DNA of 64,000 nt from an uncultured archaeon. Its GTDB lineage: Archaea > Thermoproteota > Nitrososphaeria > Nitrososphaerales > Gagatemarchaeaceae. Below, piece after piece: positions 40,106 to 50,243 of the stretch (position 1 is the first letter of the stretch; each line of letters opens with the position of its first letter). Both the position numbers and the translations under genes were made by a program. The notes beneath the pieces were generated by a model, which was not told where the DNA came from, did no database searches, and saw only the letters and a program-made list of their open reading frames with translations. The stretch covers positions 288,001 through 352,000 of the forward strand of contig CAWCYD010000003.1 of NCBI GenBank assembly GCA_963799775.1, given 5' to 3'.

Positions 40106-41732
40106 GCGTGCGACACTTGCGCTCTTCCGGACTCGAATCAGCGCCGCCGAGTCGAGCCGACAAAGGGAAGAGGCCGAAGAAGGAGCTCAGCCTCTTGCGA
40201 GGAGGGATAGCGGTCCTGGATTTCGGAGGTCAGTACTCTCACCTCATAGCCAGGCGGATCAGGGGCCTCGGCGTCTACGCGGCCCTCCTCCCGTTCGACG
40301 CGACGCTCCATTCGCTGCAAGAGATGGGAGTCAAAGGCGTGGTCCTCTCAGGGGGACCGTCCAGCGTCTACGAGCCAGGGGCACCTCACCCAGACAAGGA
40401 GATCTTCTCCGGGAAGATCCCGGTCCTGGGCATCTGCTACGGCTACCAACTCCTAGTCCAGGGCCACGGCGGCGAGGTTAAGAAAGCTGCAAGGAGGGAG
40501 TACGGCAAGTCCAGCCTCAGGATAACCGACCGCGCCACCCTCTTCAAAGGGATAGACGAGGCGACGATGACCTGCTGGATGAGCCACGGCGACTCGGCGA
40601 CGAAGCTACCGCGAGACCTCTCCACGATGGCCACGAGCGACAACTCGCCCTTCGCGGCGATCAAGTCTGCCGACGGCGTCCAGTTCGGCGTCCAGTTCCA
40701 CCCTGAGGTGGTGCACACGCAGAACGGCGACAGGATACTCTCCAACTTCGTCTTTTCTGTCTGCGAGGCAGAGCGAAAGTGGACGATGAAAGAGTTCCTC
40801 GAGGACACGCTCGAGGAGCTCGAGCGGACCGACGATGGAAGGGTGCTCTGCGCCGTCTCTGGAGGCGTCGACTCCTCTGTCGCCTCCGTCCTCCTGAACA
40901 AGGCCCTCCACGAGAGGCTCCAGTGCGTCTTCATCGACACCGGGCTGCTGCGGGAGGGCGAGGCCGAGGAGGTGTCACGGTTCCTTAGGCACGACCTGGG
41001 GGTCCCGATCGAGTTCGAGGATGCCTCTGAACTCTTCTTGAAGTCCCTGAGAGGCGTCACCGACTCCGAAGAGAAGAGGAAGATCATCGGGCGAACCTTC
41101 GCCGAAGTGTTCGAAGAATACGCGAGGAAGAAAGGGCCTTTCCGATATCTCGCTCAGGGGACACCTATATCCGGATGTGATAGAGAGCGGACACACCAAC
41201 GCGCCCGCCTCGATCATCAAGACGCACCACAACGTCGGAGGGCTCCCGAAGGCAACTCAAGCTGGAGCTGATCGAGCCTCTGAGGGAGCTATACAAGGAC
41301 GAGGTCAGGGCGCTCGGAGTCCTGCTTGGCCTGCCCTCCACCGTGGTCGGCAGGCATCCGTTCCCTGGTCCCGGTCTCGCCGTCCGGATAATAGGAGAGG
41401 TCACTCCTGAGAAGCTCACGGTCTGCCGGGGCGCCAACGCCGTGGTCGAGCAAGTCATGCGGGAGGAGAAGCTCTATGACGAGGTCTGGCAGGCATTCGC
41501 GTACGTGGGCGACGACAAGGTCACAGGCGTGCTCGGGGACGTGCGGCGCCTCGGTTACCAAGTGACTGTGCGGATAGTCCAATCGGTGGACGCGATGACC
41601 GCCGACTGGTATCGCCTTCCCTACGAGGTCATGGAGAAGATCTCGGGAAGGATAACCAACGAGGTCGAGGGCGTCGTGAGCGTCGCGTACTCGATCTCCT
41701 CGAAGCCGCCTGCCACGATCGAGCCCCAGTGA
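40102..41732 (+). CDS. guaA: GMP synthase, glutamine-hydrolysing (frameshifts ~41160, ~41260)
   Basis: [59 protein letters not shown]. Confidence 0.95.
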
Positions 41733-41747
41733 AGGCGTGGATGGAGT

Positions 41748-42744
41748 TTGCCCGAGTTTCTCGGCCCCCAAACCGAGCTCGCTGAGCTGCACGTCCACCT
41801 GGGGAGCTCTGTCGACCCTGCGGTGATGTGGGAGATCGCGCACGCCCAGGGGATCAGGCTACCCACGAAGGACTACTGGCGCTTCGTGGACCTGATAACG
41901 GCGAACCCAAGGAAGGTGAAGTCTTTCGAAGACTACCTGGCCCTCTTCCACTGGACCGAGCTCATCCAATCGAGCCCCCTCGCGATAGAAACCTCCGTCT
42001 ACCAGACCATCGCCGGGGCATATCGGAAAAACAACATCACGCTCCTCGAGCTTCGGTTCAACCCAATGAAGAGGAACCGCGGGGGCGAGAGGGACCTCGA
42101 CCAGATAATGATGGCCGCGGTCCGAGGCATCGACAGGGCGTCGCTAGAGTACCCGGTGAAGACAGGCATCATCATATGCCTCGACAGGACCTTCGACAGG
42201 CACCTCAACGAGATACTCCTGGAGAAGGCACTGAAGTACCAGAGCAGAGGGGTCGTGGGGATAGACATCGCCGGCTCCGCCCGAAAGGGGTTCCGTTATT
42301 CTGAGTGCAAGCCCCTCTACAGGAGAGCGCGCCAAGAAGGACTGGGCTTGACCGTCCACGCCGGTGAGGACGAGGGCCACAGATCGGTCCTAGACGTCCT
42401 TGAGCACCTCGAGCCGCAGCGGATAGGACACGGCGTGAGGGCGATTGATGGACCCCGAGACGCTCGACCTCATCCGAGAACGGGGGGTCACTCTGGAGCT
42501 CTGCCCCTCCTCGAACCTGAGCACCGGCGTTGTGAAGGGCGTGGGAGACATGAAGCGTGTCTTCAGGCAGCTCAACAAGAGCAGGGTCAAGTACACGATA
42601 AACACGGACGGGCCGGAGATGCTCATGACAAACTTGAGGGGCGAGATCGACTTTCTGCTGCGGAATCACATCATCGGGAAGGATGACGTGCTGAGGGCCA
42701 ACAAGAACGCCTTCGCCGCCAGTTTCGTGGGCATGAAGGCCTAA
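41748..42744 (+). CDS. add: adenosine/adenine deaminase family protein (frameshift ~42446)
   Basis: ELHVHLG, ELRFNP, TVHAGE, RIGHGV, LELCPSSN, INTDGP. Confidence 0.88.
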
Positions 42745-42771
42745 ATCCGGAGCGAGCGACTAGAGGGGAGA

Positions 42772-43335
42772 ATGAGCGTGGAGCGTCCAGGCAAGCCGAA
42801 GAAGGACGACGAGAGCCCGTCTCCCAAGACACAGGCCGAAGACGCGATAGACGAGAGCGTCCTCGAAGAGGGGTCGTACTACCTCTCCAAGCTGGATCTG
42901 GACGTCGACGCCATAGCCCAAAGATTCGAGATCCTTCGAGCAGAGGTGCTGAGGCACAAGACGAGCTTCGAGCGCAAGCTGAAGAGCGGGGACGCCCTAG
43001 AAGTGTCGACCGACCTGGCCTTCTGGCGGAGCGTCAAGGAGGAGGCGGAGGGGAACGTCAAGGTGACGTTCGTCTCAGACAAGGGCTTCCACCACGCGTG
43101 GAGATCCGACCTGGAAAAGATGGACGGGCCCACGCTCCTGGGCATATTCGAATCCTGCAAGCGGTTTCTCAACCTCGACCCCAATTCGAGGTTCTTGGAG
43201 TACTCGCCGCCGAAGAACTACGACCCCCTAGCCATGCAACGTGAGATCAGCAAGGCCGTCGCCGTGATCACCAGCATCATGGAGAAGAAGTGGAATGCCG
43301 GGAGCGAGGAAAAGTCGACGTCGCGCGACGTTTAA
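42772..43335 (+). CDS. hypothetical protein
   Basis: 187 aa, GAGGGG RBS-like motif upstream, coding-like composition. Confidence 0.7.
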   Translation: MSVERPGKPKKDDESPSPKTQAEDAIDESVLEEGSYYLSKLDLDVDAIAQRFEILRAEVLRHKTSFERKLKSGDALEVSTDLAFWRSVKEEAEGNVKVTFVSDKGFHHAWRSDLEKMDGPTLLGIFESCKRFLNLDPNSRFLEYSPPKNYDPLAMQREISKAVAVITSIMEKKWNAGSEEKSTSRDV

Positions 43336-43365
43336 CTCCGTCCTCGCTCGTCGAACATCCTCCGG

Positions 43366-43723
43366 ATGAACAAGATACCTCACTCCTCGAAGGGCTCCGA
43401 AGCGCTCTTGCGCTCGGTCCTGCCGGAGAAAGGCGGCATCACCATCCGTCCAATGTTCGGGAACCTGGCCGCTTTCATATCGGACAACCTCTCGGTGGGG
43501 CTCTATGGGGACGACCTCTTCGTGAGGCTGCCCGAGGAGGGTCGCGCCGAGCTCCTGAAGAACGAAGGCGCATCCGTCTTTGAACCGATGAGGGGAAGGC
43601 AGATGAAAGAATACATCGTCCTCCCCAGGAGATGGCTAAAGGACACCGTCTAAGGTCAGGCCCTGGGTGACCCGATCGCTGGAATGGTCGAGCCGTCTCC
43701 CTGCGAAACCCAAGAGACGCTAA
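43366..43723 (+). CDS. TfoX/Sxy N-terminal domain protein (frameshift ~43645)
   Basis: RPMFG, LFVRLP, FEPMRGRQMKEYIVLP; continues as SKVRPWVTRSLEWSSRLPAKPKRR*. Confidence 0.8.
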
Positions 43724-43785
43724 CCGCCTGCGAGACCCTCTCCTGTCAAACACTTCAAGAGGCAGCGGAGTGGGGCGGCGTGGCA

Positions 43786-44067
43786 ATGCGCTACATGGCG
43801 GATGCGAACCTGAGCGGGCTGGCGAAGGAGCTCAGGGCCAAGGGGATAGACTGCGAGACGGTCCACAAGCTGATGCTTGGGAACGAGGACTCGCGGGTCA
43901 AGATCACCGATCCCGAGATAGTGAAGTTCCTGGTGGGAAAGAAAGGGTCCATCACGCTGATTACGCTTGACAACGAGCTCGCGGAGTACTGTGGCACGTT
44001 CGAGATCCCTGTCATAAGGGTCCAGGACTTGGTCACCAGACACATCCAGTCCTTAGAAGCGCGCTAG
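43786..44067 (+). CDS. PIN-like (Mut7-C/DUF5615) domain protein
   Basis: MRYMADANLSGLAKELRAKGID...DPEIV...LITLDNEL. Confidence 0.75.
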   Translation: MRYMADANLSGLAKELRAKGIDCETVHKLMLGNEDSRVKITDPEIVKFLVGKKGSITLITLDNELAEYCGTFEIPVIRVQDLVTRHIQSLEAR

Positions 44068-44140
44068 GCCCGCTCCCGACGGGAGGGGGAAGGAGGATTG
44101 TTGGGAAAACCTTTAACGCTCTTTCCGTTTGTGGCGCCCC

Positions 44141-44749
44141 ATGGCAAAGACCTACACCCTTCCGCCGCTGCCGTACGCCTACAACGCTCTGGAGCCGCAC
44201 ATCTCCGAGCAGATAATGAAGCTGCACCACGACAAGCATCACCAGGCATACGTGAACGGGGCGAACGCCGCGCTCGACAAGCTGGAAAAGGCGAGGGCAG
44301 GGACCGCGCAGATAGACCTGAAAGGGACGCTCAGAGACCTGAGCTTCAACGTCGACGGTCACAAGCTTCACTCGATATTCTGGCCGAACATGGCGCCGGC
44401 GGGCAAGGGAGGAGGGGAACCCGGAGGCAAGCTGGCTGACAAGATCAAGGCGGACTTTGGAGGCGCAGACAAGTTCAAGACCCAATTCAGCGACGCAGCC
44501 AAGGCAGTCGAAGGTTCGGGCTGGGCCCTCTTGTGCTACGACAAGGAGATCGACTCCCTTGTCATGACGCAGGTCGAAAAGCAGAACTTCATGGAGCTCG
44601 CGGAGCTGCCTATCCTGTTGGGCCTCGACGTCTGGGAGCACGCGTACTACCTCCAGTACTGGAACGATCGGGCCAAGTACGTGGAGGCATGGTGGAACGT
44701 CGTGAACTGGTCTGACGTGGACGGAAGGCTCTCGAAGGTCGTAAAGTGA
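44141..44749 (+). CDS. sod: Fe/Mn superoxide dismutase
   Basis: LPYAYNALEPHIS, HHDKHHQAY, GSGW, DVWEHAYY. Confidence 0.98.
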   Translation: MAKTYTLPPLPYAYNALEPHISEQIMKLHHDKHHQAYVNGANAALDKLEKARAGTAQIDLKGTLRDLSFNVDGHKLHSIFWPNMAPAGKGGGEPGGKLADKIKADFGGADKFKTQFSDAAKAVEGSGWALLCYDKEIDSLVMTQVEKQNFMELAELPILLGLDVWEHAYYLQYWNDRAKYVEAWWNVVNWSDVDGRLSKVVK

Positions 44750-44810
44750 GGCGCCGGACCGCTATGGCTCGGCCTCCCAATCATCTCAATTCTGGCCCTG
44801 TCCTCTATCG

Positions 44811-45737
44811 ATGACGGAGTTCAAGCTGAGCCTCTCGACGGTGCCCTTCGACCTGAGGCACAGCCTAGACAGCGGGCAGGTGTTCCGGTGGGAGCAGAAG
44901 GGCGAGTGGTGGACGGGGTGCAAGGAACGGAGCGATCAAGGTCAAGCAGGAGGAGGCATCGCTCCTCTGTGTGACGGAGAGCGATTCCATAACAGCTCAG
45001 ACGATGCACGAGTACTTCCGCATCGACGACAGCATGGAGAGGATATACTCGCAGATAATGAAGGACGAACACATCTCGGAGGCCATCCAGCGATTCTACG
45101 GGCTGCGGCTCATGAAGCAAGACACTTGGGAGTGCCTCGTCTCCTTCGTGGTTGCGACGAACGCGAACATCCCAAGGATCAGGCTGATGATCTCCAACCT
45201 CTGCCACAAGTTCGGCGAGACGATATCGTTCGAAGGGAACCCATACTCTCTCTTCCCTGATCCCGCGTCGCTGGCCGCCGCAACGGTCGAAGAGCTCACG
45301 TCTTGCGGCCTAGGATACCGCGCCAGGTTCATCAAGTCGGTCGCCGAGATGGTGAGCTCAGGCCACGTCGACCTCGAAGAACTGAAGCTCCAGGACTACG
45401 AGAAAGCGAGGGGCCTCCTAATAGAGCGCCTGCTCGGGGCGAAGACCCTGCTCGGCATAGGGAGGAAAGCGGCGGACTGCATCCTCCTCTTCTCGTGCGG
45501 CAAAGACTCGGCCTTCCCGATAGACGTCTGGATGGCGAAGTCCTCGCGAGATACTACCCGTTCCTCTTCGACAAGGAGACGGCCCGGCGACTCGAAGCCC
45601 ACGTCACGGGTTCAAAGCGGCTCGCGTCGCGCGAGTACGAGACGACCTCGTCCTCAATGAGGGACTACTTCGGAGAGTACGCAGGGTACGCGCAGCAGTA
45701 TCTCTTTCACGACGCGAGGAAGAACAAGCTGGCCTGA
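44811..45737 (+). CDS. ogg: 8-oxoguanine DNA glycosylase, OGG1-type (frameshifts ~44920, ~45540)
   Basis: LDSGQVFRW, QDTWECLVSF, GLGYRA, GIGRKAADC, FPIDVW, AGYAQQYLF. Confidence 0.9.
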
Positions 45738-45744
45738 CGGCGAG

Positions 45745-46201
45745 CTACTTCTTCTTCGAGGCAGCGGCCGGCTCGGCGGACTTCGGGACCTTGAACCAGC
45801 CCTTGAGCTTCTCAACGTTCACAACGTGAACGCTCCTGCGCCTTAGGTCTAGGGAGAGGCCCCCGCGCCTGGCCGTGTTCAGAGGGACGCCTGCGGAGCT
45901 GAGCTCGCCGAACGAGAATCCTCTCGCTGGCCTCTCGCGCATCGAGTCGAAGTGCCTCGACTCTGCGATCGCGGCCGGCGGAGGTGTCCAGCTTGATCGG
46001 CGCGGCCTTGGGCTCCTTCCTGGCTGGTTTCTCTTGCGTCTTCTCCGGAGCCTTCGCGGGCTTTGGGGCCTTTTTCGGCTTGTCTACGGCGACCGTCTTT
46101 GCGACTGTCTTTGCGATTTTCTTCTCCTTTGTCACCTTTGCTTTCTTAGGCGGAGAGGCATCCTTCCTCTTCGCGGATGACTTCTTTTCTTTCGAGCTCA
46201 T
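45745..46201 (-). CDS. rpl13e: 50S ribosomal protein L13e with Lys/Ala-rich N-terminal extension (frameshift ~45965)
   Basis: RPARGFSFGELSSAG...DLRRRSVHVVNVEKL matches the L13e core. Confidence 0.8.
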
Positions 46202-46203
46202 TT

Positions 46204-46673
46204 CTACTGCTTCCTGACCTTGCTACCACGATACGCTAGGATGGCACCCAGAACCGCCAGCGCGACGCCCCCGCCGATGACCGGGACGCTCTTCAGCACC
46301 AGATATCCAGGAACGGCGATCGCGTCAAGGCCTATCACTATGAGGGCGATGCCGAAAACGATTTGCCCGCCGCTGTTCAACCACTCCGGGGCGAACGTCC
46401 TCCCCGCACCCGATGTCTCGGGATCGCAGGGCCCACCCTCTTGCCGGGAAGGCCTCCCTTTAGGATCCCAATGGGGATGAACATCACGCCGAAAATGAGA
46501 AGTATCCCTGCCGTCCCTTGCATGGCCGAATTCTCGGGGCTAGGGATTATGCAATAACACGAGTCGCCGGCCGGAGTCTTCCCGCCGTTGAACAAGATTA
46601 TGCCGGAGACGCCAATCAGCGTGAGGACCACAGCGAGTAGAATGTACTCTGAATCCAAGCTTGCAGCAACCAC
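46204..46673 (-). CDS. four-TM membrane protein (frameshift ~46420)
   Basis: Two TMs in 46377-46673; two more TMs in the shifted frame ending at TAG 46204. Confidence 0.6.
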
Positions 46674-46711
46674 TTTCGCAACACTCGTTTCTTAAGCGTT
46701 TCGCGGCCGCG

Positions 46712-47778
46712 TAGCCTGTAGCTTAATTCTTCCTTGTGAGGGTCTCTACTTTCTTCACTGCTTCTTTGTCACCATCTACGGACGTATCGAGAGGAACCTG
46801 TTGTACAGCATGACCTTGAGGGACGCTTCCGCCTTCTGGCTGAGGAACCTCCTCGCCCTCAACGTGTCTCCCAGCACTCGCTTGAACGCCGAGAACGTTA
46901 TCTCCACGAGCCACCTCTGACCATAGTCCTTTACTGCCTTCCACCCCTCGTACCCGAGGGCGTCGAGGGCCAGGGCCTCGTCCCGCCTCGCTCTCGACCC
47001 CATCAGCTTGAGGCTCGCGTTCTTCCGGAGCTTGATGGCGGGCTCCGCGCCTATCTCGCTCAGGAGGTTGAAGTTCTTCCTCGCGTCGTACGCCGCGTCC
47101 GCGTACGCCTTCGCGACCTTCCTCTTCTTCGCCACCTCCTTGACCATCGGGACGAACTTCGCGTTGTCTCCGGTCTTCTCGCTGGTGATGCGGAACCCCT
47201 TGATCTTCCCCGTCTTCTTGTCCGCGAGTATGTGCAGCTTCACGTACTTCCTCTTCTCCTTCTTCCACTTGTCCTCGATGTAGGAGCCCTTGTTCGAGAC
47301 CGAGAGGCCTGTGGAGTCGGCTATCACCGTCATCGGCTCGTCGCCGTCCGCGTCCCTCCCTACGATCTCTGACGGCTTCTTCCCCTTCATGGAAGAGAGT
47401 ATCCTCCTGCGCATGTGGGTGTAGTGCATCTCCTCGACGAACCTGACGTACTCCTCGAGCTCCCTCGTGATGCCTTCGAGCGTCCTGTACGGTATGTCAA
47501 ACCCGACCTTGACGAACGCCAGGAAGGAGATATACGAGTTTGGGAACTCGAACGGCCTACCCAGCTTCGAGCTGTTCATCGCGTCCAGCTCCTCCTTCCA
47601 CGAGACCAGGGAGCCCAGGTCCAGTATCGCGCATCCCCTCTCGATGAGGGCCTCGTCGTAGTCGTGCCAAGATCGCATTCCCAGCGGTATCATGACGAGT
47701 GTAGCGAGAGAAGCCCTTAGACGAGACCCAAGCAAATCGGCTTGACAGACGCGTGAGATTGGATTAAGCTACAGGCTA
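46712..47778 (-). mobile_element. IS5-family (IS903-like) insertion sequence (1067 bp)
   Basis: Perfect 16-bp TIR TAGCCTGTAGCTTAAT (46712-46727, 47763-47778); 9-bp TSD GCGGCCGCG (46703-46711, 47779-47787). Confidence 0.92.
46776..47693 (-). CDS. IS5-family DDE transposase, intact
   Basis: SWHDYDEALIERG, IADSTG, YVKLHI, ADAAYD, YGQRWLVEITFSAFKR. Confidence 0.92.
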   Translation of the reverse strand: MIPLGMRSWHDYDEALIERGCAILDLGSLVSWKEELDAMNSSKLGRPFEFPNSYISFLAFVKVGFDIPYRTLEGITRELEEYVRFVEEMHYTHMRRRILSSMKGKKPSEIVGRDADGDEPMTVIADSTGLSVSNKGSYIEDKWKKEKRKYVKLHILADKKTGKIKGFRITSEKTGDNAKFVPMVKEVAKKRKVAKAYADAAYDARKNFNLLSEIGAEPAIKLRKNASLKLMGSRARRDEALALDALGYEGWKAVKDYGQRWLVEITFSAFKRVLGDTLRARRFLSQKAEASLKVMLYNRFLSIRP

Positions 47779-47837
47779 GCGGCCGCGACGTAGTTGGCCG
47801 CGCAAATGACCGAGACGCCCCTAGAAGTCTAGAAGAG

Positions 47838-47844
47838 GTTATAT
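47838..47844 (+). promoter_or_regulatory. TATA box of tRNA-Tyr
   Basis: GTTATAT preceded by purine-rich AGAAGAG, about 27 nt before the tRNA 5' end. Confidence 0.6.
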
Positions 47845-47870
47845 CCCCCACGCCGATTTCCGGGCTCGGT

Positions 47871-48026
47871 CCCGCGGTAGCTCAGCCTGGCAGATCCCAA
47901 AGTGGAGCCATAAGCTTCCGGCTGTAGTGGTCGGCCTTGGCCGACTCGTCCAGCCTGTTCAGGCCACAGATACCGGAGTGTCGTCGGCTCAAAAGCGCGA
48001 AAGCGCGGAGCGTCCGACCCGCGTGA
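47871..48026 (+). tRNA. tRNA-Tyr(GTA) with three introns (47894-47912, 47928-47971, 47994-48012)
   Basis: Spliced sequence CCCGCGGTAGCTCAGCCTGGCAGAGCTTCCGGCTGTAGACCGGAGTGTCGTCGGCTCAAATCCGACCCGCGTGA folds as a cloverleaf; C1-G72 and A73 Tyr identity elements; BHB-like motif at each junction; one acceptor-stem mismatch (C2/T71). Confidence 0.9.
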
Positions 48027-48043
48027 GACCTCCAAAGACCTCC

Positions 48044-48898
48044 TCATTGTGCCCCATCCGAGCCGCGGCGCACGGTGATGACGTGCGTCAGGCGCGCAAG
48101 CTGCCTCTTCTTTCTCCATATGACCCTCGAAGGCAGAGAAATCCACGGGATCCTGTAGGCGACCGCGAACAGAGCGATGCTGAGGACCAGCCAATTGCTG
48201 AAGAGATAGGCGCCGCCAACGTCAAGCATCCTCCAGCCCCCATCGGCGACGCCTCCTAGCCAGAGGTAGTCGGTGACGTGCCAGGACATGTCCTGCGGGG
48301 CAGAATACCAGAGGGCAAGCTCAAAGACCACGAGGATGGGGGCCGCGAAAAGCGTCAAGACATCATTCAGGGCGGTCCATTTCCCCTTCTCGGACCTTAT
48401 CATGAACACGCCGAGACAGGCCAGACCGAAGAAGATGGATGCCTGCGCTCCCTTGTCAAGCGAGCCCACGTAGGGGATGCGCGCGACGAACTCCGCATAG
48501 ACCCGCCCCAAGGTCGGATAGTGCGCGAAGGCGTAACCGTATCCGTTGTAGCCTCCCAAGACGTCCGCGATGCTCCAGAACGCGAAGACGAACAGGCCCA
48601 GCGATACCAGCACTACGGCGGCCACGAGAGCCGGCCCGGGAAGGCGAACGCTCCTTCTCATCGCGTTCGCGGCAGAGCTGGGGCGGCGGACGAGCATCCC
48701 CTTCGCGGGTTCCATCATCAACACCGAGACGAAGAAGGCCAGCGCGGCGACCTTGATCTCGAGGATGCATACCAGAGTCGGCGCAGCCGCACCGATCATG
48801 GGCCGGGTGGCGTCGAGGAGGGCTGCGAAGGTCAGGGCAGCGAGAAGGAAACTGACGACCGAGACCCCTCCGAGGACCGTCTTGGTTCGGGACTCCAT
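48044..48898 (-). CDS. multi-pass membrane protein
   Basis: About 6 hydrophobic helices from MESRTK (48898). Confidence 0.65.
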   Translation of the reverse strand: MESRTKTVLGGVSVVSFLLAALTFAALLDATRPMIGAAAPTLVCILEIKVAALAFFVSVLMMEPAKGMLVRRPSSAANAMRRSVRLPGPALVAAVVLVSLGLFVFAFWSIADVLGGYNGYGYAFAHYPTLGRVYAEFVARIPYVGSLDKGAQASIFFGLACLGVFMIRSEKGKWTALNDVLTLFAAPILVVFELALWYSAPQDMSWHVTDYLWLGGVADGGWRMLDVGGAYLFSNWLVLSIALFAVAYRIPWISLPSRVIWRKKRQLARLTHVITVRRGSDGAQ

Positions 48899-49094
48899 CT
48901 GCTCAACCCTGGCCGAGCTGCGCTCCGGAAACACAGAGCCGTTGCATCGGACGGAGCACCAACAGTCACATCCGGAAGCGCGACTCCCCGCTACGCTATA
49001 AAGCGTTGGAGAGATTCTTCCTGATTGGCGCATCACTTCGCGCGAAGCGCTTTAATAACGCGGAAGGGCCGCAGACCATCGGACGCAACGGAAC

Positions 49095-49286
49095 ATGATA
49101 CGTCGAGTCCTCGTCGTCGTAGCCATCATCCTTGCCGTAGAGATAGCTTGGGCGCTTTTCTGCGCTATCACCGGCGTGAACCTCTTCGTCTTCTACGGGG
49201 TCCTCGTCGTCGCCTCGCTGGCTTTCTGGGTGCCGGGTCTCTTGGACAAGAGGAGCCCTACCGAGCGCCCCCAGACCAACAGATAA
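49095..49286 (+). CDS. small two-TM protein
   Basis: 63 aa; TTTAATAA about 40 nt upstream. Confidence 0.6.
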   Translation: MIRRVLVVVAIILAVEIAWALFCAITGVNLFVFYGVLVVASLAFWVPGLLDKRSPTERPQTNR

Positions 49287-49314
49287 AGCCTGGAACGGCG
49301 CGCATGGCTCGAGG

Positions 49315-50205
49315 ATGCCGAACCGCGCTTTCATGTCTGCCGCCGCCCTGGGCTCGATGCTCTTCGGCACGGCGATCTCCGTCTTCAACATGTTCTACTG
49401 GGACCGCGACATCCAGTCCTTCGAACAGGGCGGGGGATCGCCCGGCTCGGTCTCGTACTTCTATCTGGCGGAGGCCATATCGATCCTCTTGCTGCTCCTG
49501 GGGATCTATCTGGCCTACGGATACCTTCGGAGCGCCTCGGGGAGGTCGCCTCTCTCCTCCTCGCTCTCCGTTATAGGCAGCGCCCTCTCCGACCGGAACC
49601 TCGTCCGAATCGGCGTGGCGGCGACCCTGCTCTACGGGGTGCTCTACGCGTTCACGTCGAGCATCGTGGTCGTCCAGCCGCAAGTCGACTTCGCCACGAC
49701 CTATGGGGCCAGAGGCGTTGCCTCTTGGAGCTCCACGCCCTGCTGCGGCCAAGTGGGATTCTTCCCTGAGGTCTACTTCTACGTCTCGCCAGCGCACGTC
49801 GCTATCCAGCTCGTTCCTCTCAGCCTCTTGCTCCTGTTCATCGTGCCGCCGCTGGTCGGCCTGAACCTCTCCCTGGCAATCTTCTCAGTCCGGAGGACAG
49901 TCGCCAAGCTCACCGGTCGATGGATGGTGGCCTGTGGCGCAGCTGTCGGCCTGTTCACAGCCTGTCCCACATGTGCGGGATTCTTCCTGGCGGAGTCTGT
50001 GGGGGGCATGGGAGCCACCACGCTTGCCGTGGCGCTCGCTCCCTACCAGGCCGTCTTCATCGCCGTCAGCATCCCTCTCCTCTTGGCGACACCGCTCGTC
50101 TTCGCGCGGCGCATCGTCACCGCGGCTGCCTCGACCCAGAGGGAGTCCGCTTCGAGCCCCAAGGGACCAGACGGCGAACCGCCTATCTACGCCGGAAACC
50201 GTTAA
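49315..50205 (+). CDS. membrane protein with PCCG and CPTC motifs
   Basis: 296 aa, multiple TMs, TPCCG and FTACPTCAG; upstream of the heme O/A synthase genes. Confidence 0.75.
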   Translation: MPNRAFMSAAALGSMLFGTAISVFNMFYWDRDIQSFEQGGGSPGSVSYFYLAEAISILLLLLGIYLAYGYLRSASGRSPLSSSLSVIGSALSDRNLVRIGVAATLLYGVLYAFTSSIVVVQPQVDFATTYGARGVASWSSTPCCGQVGFFPEVYFYVSPAHVAIQLVPLSLLLLFIVPPLVGLNLSLAIFSVRRTVAKLTGRWMVACGAAVGLFTACPTCAGFFLAESVGGMGATTLAVALAPYQAVFIAVSIPLLLATPLVFARRIVTAAASTQRESASSPKGPDGEPPIYAGNR

Positions 50206-50243
50206 ATGCACAGACCAAGGCGCGCGGCAAGGAGACCTTCTGC

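Noticed and set aside
43366-44067. TfoX-N plus PIN-like pair as a toxin-antitoxin or defence module
   Set aside because: No antitoxin-like gene, overlap or operator; both families commonly occur alone.
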